Shown: positions 60,128-64,000 of the stretch, in pieces
Position numbering within the stretch: position 1 is the first letter of the stretch
Layout of the letters: each line of letters starts with the position of its first letter
Origin: Schmidtea polychroa
Lineage: Eukaryota
Direction: 5' to 3'
Length of the DNA: 64,000 bases
Assembly (NCBI GenBank): GCA_044892525.1
Contig: CM097885.1
Coordinates: forward strand, 47,369,727 to 47,433,726
Position numbers and translations under genes: made by a program
Notes under the pieces: generated by a model
What the model saw: only the letters and a program-made list of their open reading frames with translations
Database searches by the model: none
Told to the model about the DNA's origin: nothing

Positions 60128-60570
60128 ATATAAAGGGACCAGGATGAATAAAAGTAATATGCATACCTTCTATCAGTAGTCCACGAACCCAATGCATATC
60201 AGCACAATTACAGTTTCAGGATGGACCTCACCTTTTTCTAGTAGCCACTCACTTGACACATTATCAACATTGCCTATCAACGAGTTTTACGCAATTAAAA
60301 TAGTTTTATGTGCGGTCTACAATAACATCACTACCACAACCTAGCACTAGAAATGGGTACGAAAAAGAAAATTTTATGCAGAATCCACGGAATCGAGTGG
60401 TTATATATTATATACTCAGCAAAAATAACACGTTAATTAATTTTCGGATTTGTATCCTTAGCAAAAGTCAATGATAAGCATCAAAAATCATGCTGAATTA
60501 CTTAAAATTTTATTTGTATGGACAAGTAAAGTTTCTGTTAATTTAAACAAAATAAACAAATGTATATTTT

Positions 60571-60978
60571 CAGTGGAGTAGTCAGGAATTTATGAAAGGG
60601 GGTTTGTTGAAGTTGAGAAATATTTATTAATATTATGGTCAATCAATTCAAGCGTGGACGAATGAGGGTGCCAAAGGTATCTGATACTATCAGACTAATA
60701 GATAAAAATAGTTTAAATTGCTAAAAAAATTAATATTAAATGTTGTTATTTTTATGACAAATGGAAAATAAAGATTCCGTTAAATTTAAAAATTTCAACT
60801 TTATTAAAGACTTTCAACCTGCAAGTGAACAACAGTCAACAGTAACAGTCCAAAGAAGAGAAACGAATTATAAGCCTAATAATTACTATCATCTATTGTC
60901 ATTTTATTTTTATAAATCGACAAATATTTGTACATGTAAAATCCATTGGGGGTTTTAACCTCATAACCCTTCCCACTG
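60571..60978. mobile_element. hAT-type MITE with short residual TIRs
   Basis: CAGTGG..CCACTG ends with an exact 8-bp TSD TATATTTT (60563-60570, 60979-60986). Confidence 0.7.
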
Positions 60979-61269
60979 TATATTTTAATTTAAACATTGT
61001 TTTTGAAATATATTGCTATTTTCTTGACATTTTATCATTTTTCTAAAACTTTCATATTTGATACTTGTTACAAATAATAAAATATTTTAAAATTTAGAAA
61101 ATGTTTGTTGTAAATTTTAATTTATGAAATTGTTATATAATAACTGAAAAATTATTTATTAAACATTCAGTTAATAAACCATTAAAAATAAATTAAACAT
61201 TTATTTTAATATTTTAATAAATTAACTTGTTTATATTTATAAAGGTCATTTTTAATATAAATTTATTAA

Positions 61270-61966
61270 ATGTTCTATAAATGTTTTATTTATTTAATTT
61301 TCTTTTGTAATCTCTTGAAGACTTATGAATCTATCGAATGCATTGATTTTCAGTGTTTCGATGGAGGGCAAGAAAGAAATAATAATTGCTTTCCATGTAC
61401 AAATGTTTCTTCCATTGCTCGCAAGCATTGGATAAATCATTTGGAAAATATGATTTTAATTCACCGAAAATTAAAGAATACCGAATTAGCCATGCAGGTT
61501 GAAGTAAAAATATCTCAAGGCATGTACTGTTGTAACTTTGATCAAAATGTTGGAAAAATCGAAACATGTTCTTTAAATTTCTCTCCTGGCAGCAAAGATG
61601 GAATTCCACATTATGGAATGGGGTATTTTTAATAAAGCAGTAATTTTAACTTAATAAAATGAATTAGGTGTGATAGGAGTAATTTCTGGCTACAATCAAC
61701 TTGTAAAAATGTGAAAGTTGAATCTCGATGTTGCCGTACAAATCATTGTAACTATCCAGATTCAGATGACTTGAAGCATATGTTGGATCAAGCGGGTATG
61801 ATTTTCCCACGGGTTGTAGAAACTGGAAATCCAAAAATTTTCGTTGTTTGCTTGGCGTTGGCTATTGGAGTTATTATCGTATTGTCTATAGCTGTTGCCT
61901 CCTTTAGAGTTGCAAGAAGAAAATATTTATCCAGTAAGAAATATTTTTATCTTAAAAATCTTAAAA

Positions 61967-62005
<39 letters not shown>

Positions 62006-62046
62006 CTGGAATTATTGATCTTTTGCACAACTTTAAAATCGCATAG
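61270..62046 (+). CDS. Type I membrane protein with a Cys-rich TGF-beta-receptor/Ly6 (three-finger)-like ectodomain; 3' end uncertain
   Basis: Exon 61270-61622, a 45-nt GT-AG intron, then an exon from 61668. Signal-like N-terminus, 12 ectodomain Cys ending CCRTNHCN, TM segment IFVVCLALAIGVIIVLSIAVASF, then basic RVARRK. Probable donor GTAAGA at 61934; if unspliced the frame stops at 62046. Confidence 0.7.
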
Positions 62047-62285
62047 TTTTTCTGAATATTTTCAAATTTTTTGTTTATAATTTACATTTTTATAGTACTT
62101 TTTAAAGTTTTTAGTTCATTATATGTTTCATACGTAACCCTTTTACCTTGATTCCTTTTTCAATCCAGTCTAATAAATTCAGCTTCTCTTATTTTTGTTT
62201 ATATATATATTTTTTAAAAAAAAGTTGCTTATATCAATTATTTTAAAACTAAAACTTATGGCTATGTCGAATATATACTCTATAT

Positions 62286-62457
62286 CAGTGATTTTCAACA
62301 ACTTTGCTGCGAAATTTTAGATATATAATATATTATTAAAAGTATTTTCTTATTATTAACTTGTAATTAATCCTTAATAAACGTTTTGTTATTTTTTTAG
62401 TACATATTATTTTATTTCGCACATTTCTTTGTGTGCTCCAAAATTTGAAATCGTTTA
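62286..62457 (+). mobile_element. Partial inverted copy of the 53498-53999 hAT derivative
   Basis: Starts CAGTGATTTTCAAC; internal sequence matches the reverse complement of parts of 53534-53999. Confidence 0.7.
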
Positions 62458-62599
62458 TTGATTTTTAAGTGCAAAATTTCAAAATAGAAATTCACGTATT
62501 GATCTAAAATTGTAATTATTGATTAAAAAGTGCATAAATTGAATTTTTAATTTTTGGTTTTATCTCACTGTAATGTGGGAGTTTGAGATTTTCAAAATA

Positions 62600-63880
62600 T
62601 TATTTCAACTAAAATAGAGGGTGACGTCACCTACATGTTTGCTGACCTCAACATTTTAGTATCTCTTGAAGATTTTTCTGGCGAAAAATTTAAATTTTCC
62701 ATAGAGATAAACTTGACTAGGAAAAGAATCTTTCAGATATTTGGAAATTTTCTTTTTGTAAAATATGGAGAGTTACAAGCCCTACAACTTTACTGACTAC
62801 GACTGACCATCAATTTTCTGACGATTATACAAAAGTCTTTGGAACAAATTCCCTCCTGTTAATATATCCCCCGCCCCTTTACAAGAAATCAAATTGAAAT
62901 AGAAACTGATTATTATTGAAGGTAAACAAATCTTTTAATTTCCAAAGGAAAAGCATACTAATTTTGAATATTGTTCTGACACAATTTTAATTACAATTAA
63001 AAGCATATAAATCGATGACTGATGGTTTAATTATAAGACACTATTCTTAAAACTGTAAAAACAACTTTGGGGAAATATTGTTTCATTACTTTTCATTTGA
63101 CTATTTTTGCAAACAGCTTCAGAGGTTTTGACAGTCTGATTTTTGAATCCCTCATAAAAGTTCATTTGATTAGAATACATTGTCAAGAATAAAGCTAAAT
63201 ATTTATTTTATAACAATATATTTCAATCATAGATAGCCTTTTAGGTATTCGCACAGTAACCTTTGGAGTAAAGTTTCTACAAAAACAAAAATAATTTTGA
63301 TATTAAAATATAAATTTAATCAATTTTTTTATTTAAATTAATACCAAAAAACGGTATTGATACAGATTTATTGAATTATTAATTTACAAAGTAAATCAAT
63401 AATTGAAATCAATGATATATAAGTTTGAATTTGAAATAAATTAATGGATATATTATCAATTTCTACAATTATTATTGATGATAAAAATATTTTGGATTGG
63501 GATTTTGAAAAAAATATTATTGTTAAAAATAACGGAGAAATCACAATTCTTCAACGCACGTTTCAGATTTTTGTCATTTTTATCAACTAATCCCTGAAGT
63601 TTCTTTACTATTGTGGATCGTGCTAATCTTGGAAAGCTGAACCGTTTCCATAATTCCACAAGCTCAACGGCTAAGACGTTTTCTTCTTATCTTTTATTTG
63701 CTGATTCAAACATCTGAATTTTCTTAAAACAATTTCTTCAGTAGGCATTTTGTTGAGGATAGCCATTGTTTCCTGAAAGTGATATTTCCGATTTTTGAAG
63801 CTCTGACCAAAGCGGTCTAAGTTTTCCGTTCATATCTTTTTATTACCTTCACTTGGGATAGAATTAATATTCATCTCTAA
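62600..63880 (-). mobile_element. Probable degenerate DNA transposon (hATm-like) remnant
   Basis: A disrupted frame with AVELVELWKRFSFPRLARSTIVKKLQGL resembles hATm-type transposase N-termini. Stops and frameshifts are present; no firm termini. Confidence 0.35.
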
Positions 63881-64000
63881 GATAAAAATATAATAATTTT
63901 TTATTATTATAAATAATATCCCTTTAGCTTTATTTATATTAAATGTTAAAATAATAAATTTAGTGATTATTGATGGAATATTTCAACAAAAAGTAATTAC

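Overview
Very AT-rich, intron-containing eukaryotic DNA, most likely animal (Nup88, collagen-type P4HA, Penelope/Gypsy/hAT/Tc1/piggyBac elements). A compact-intron invertebrate or parasite is plausible, but the organism cannot be identified from the sequence. Four host genes were reconstructed by hand from GT-AG sites and reading-frame phase: mitoferrin (2295-16343, +), prolyl 4-hydroxylase alpha (21486-29524, -), Nup88 (43459-48804, +) and a single-pass membrane protein with a TGF-beta-receptor/Ly6-like Cys-box ectodomain (from 61270, +). Their introns are mostly 42-49 nt or are inflated to kilobases by transposons. The rest of the window is densely nested transposable elements, several with exact TIR/TSD boundaries. 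The main observations are: (1) two families of minimal hammerhead-ribozyme-like motifs sharing a U3-A8 covariant core, one in the inverted pseudo-LTRs of a Penelope element and one in a dispersed repeat that forms a 128-bp palindrome; (2) a P4HA whose iron-binding HxD motif reads ExD; (3) a TGF-beta-receptor-like gene with no kinase exon visible in the window. All calls are manual readings; no searches were run.
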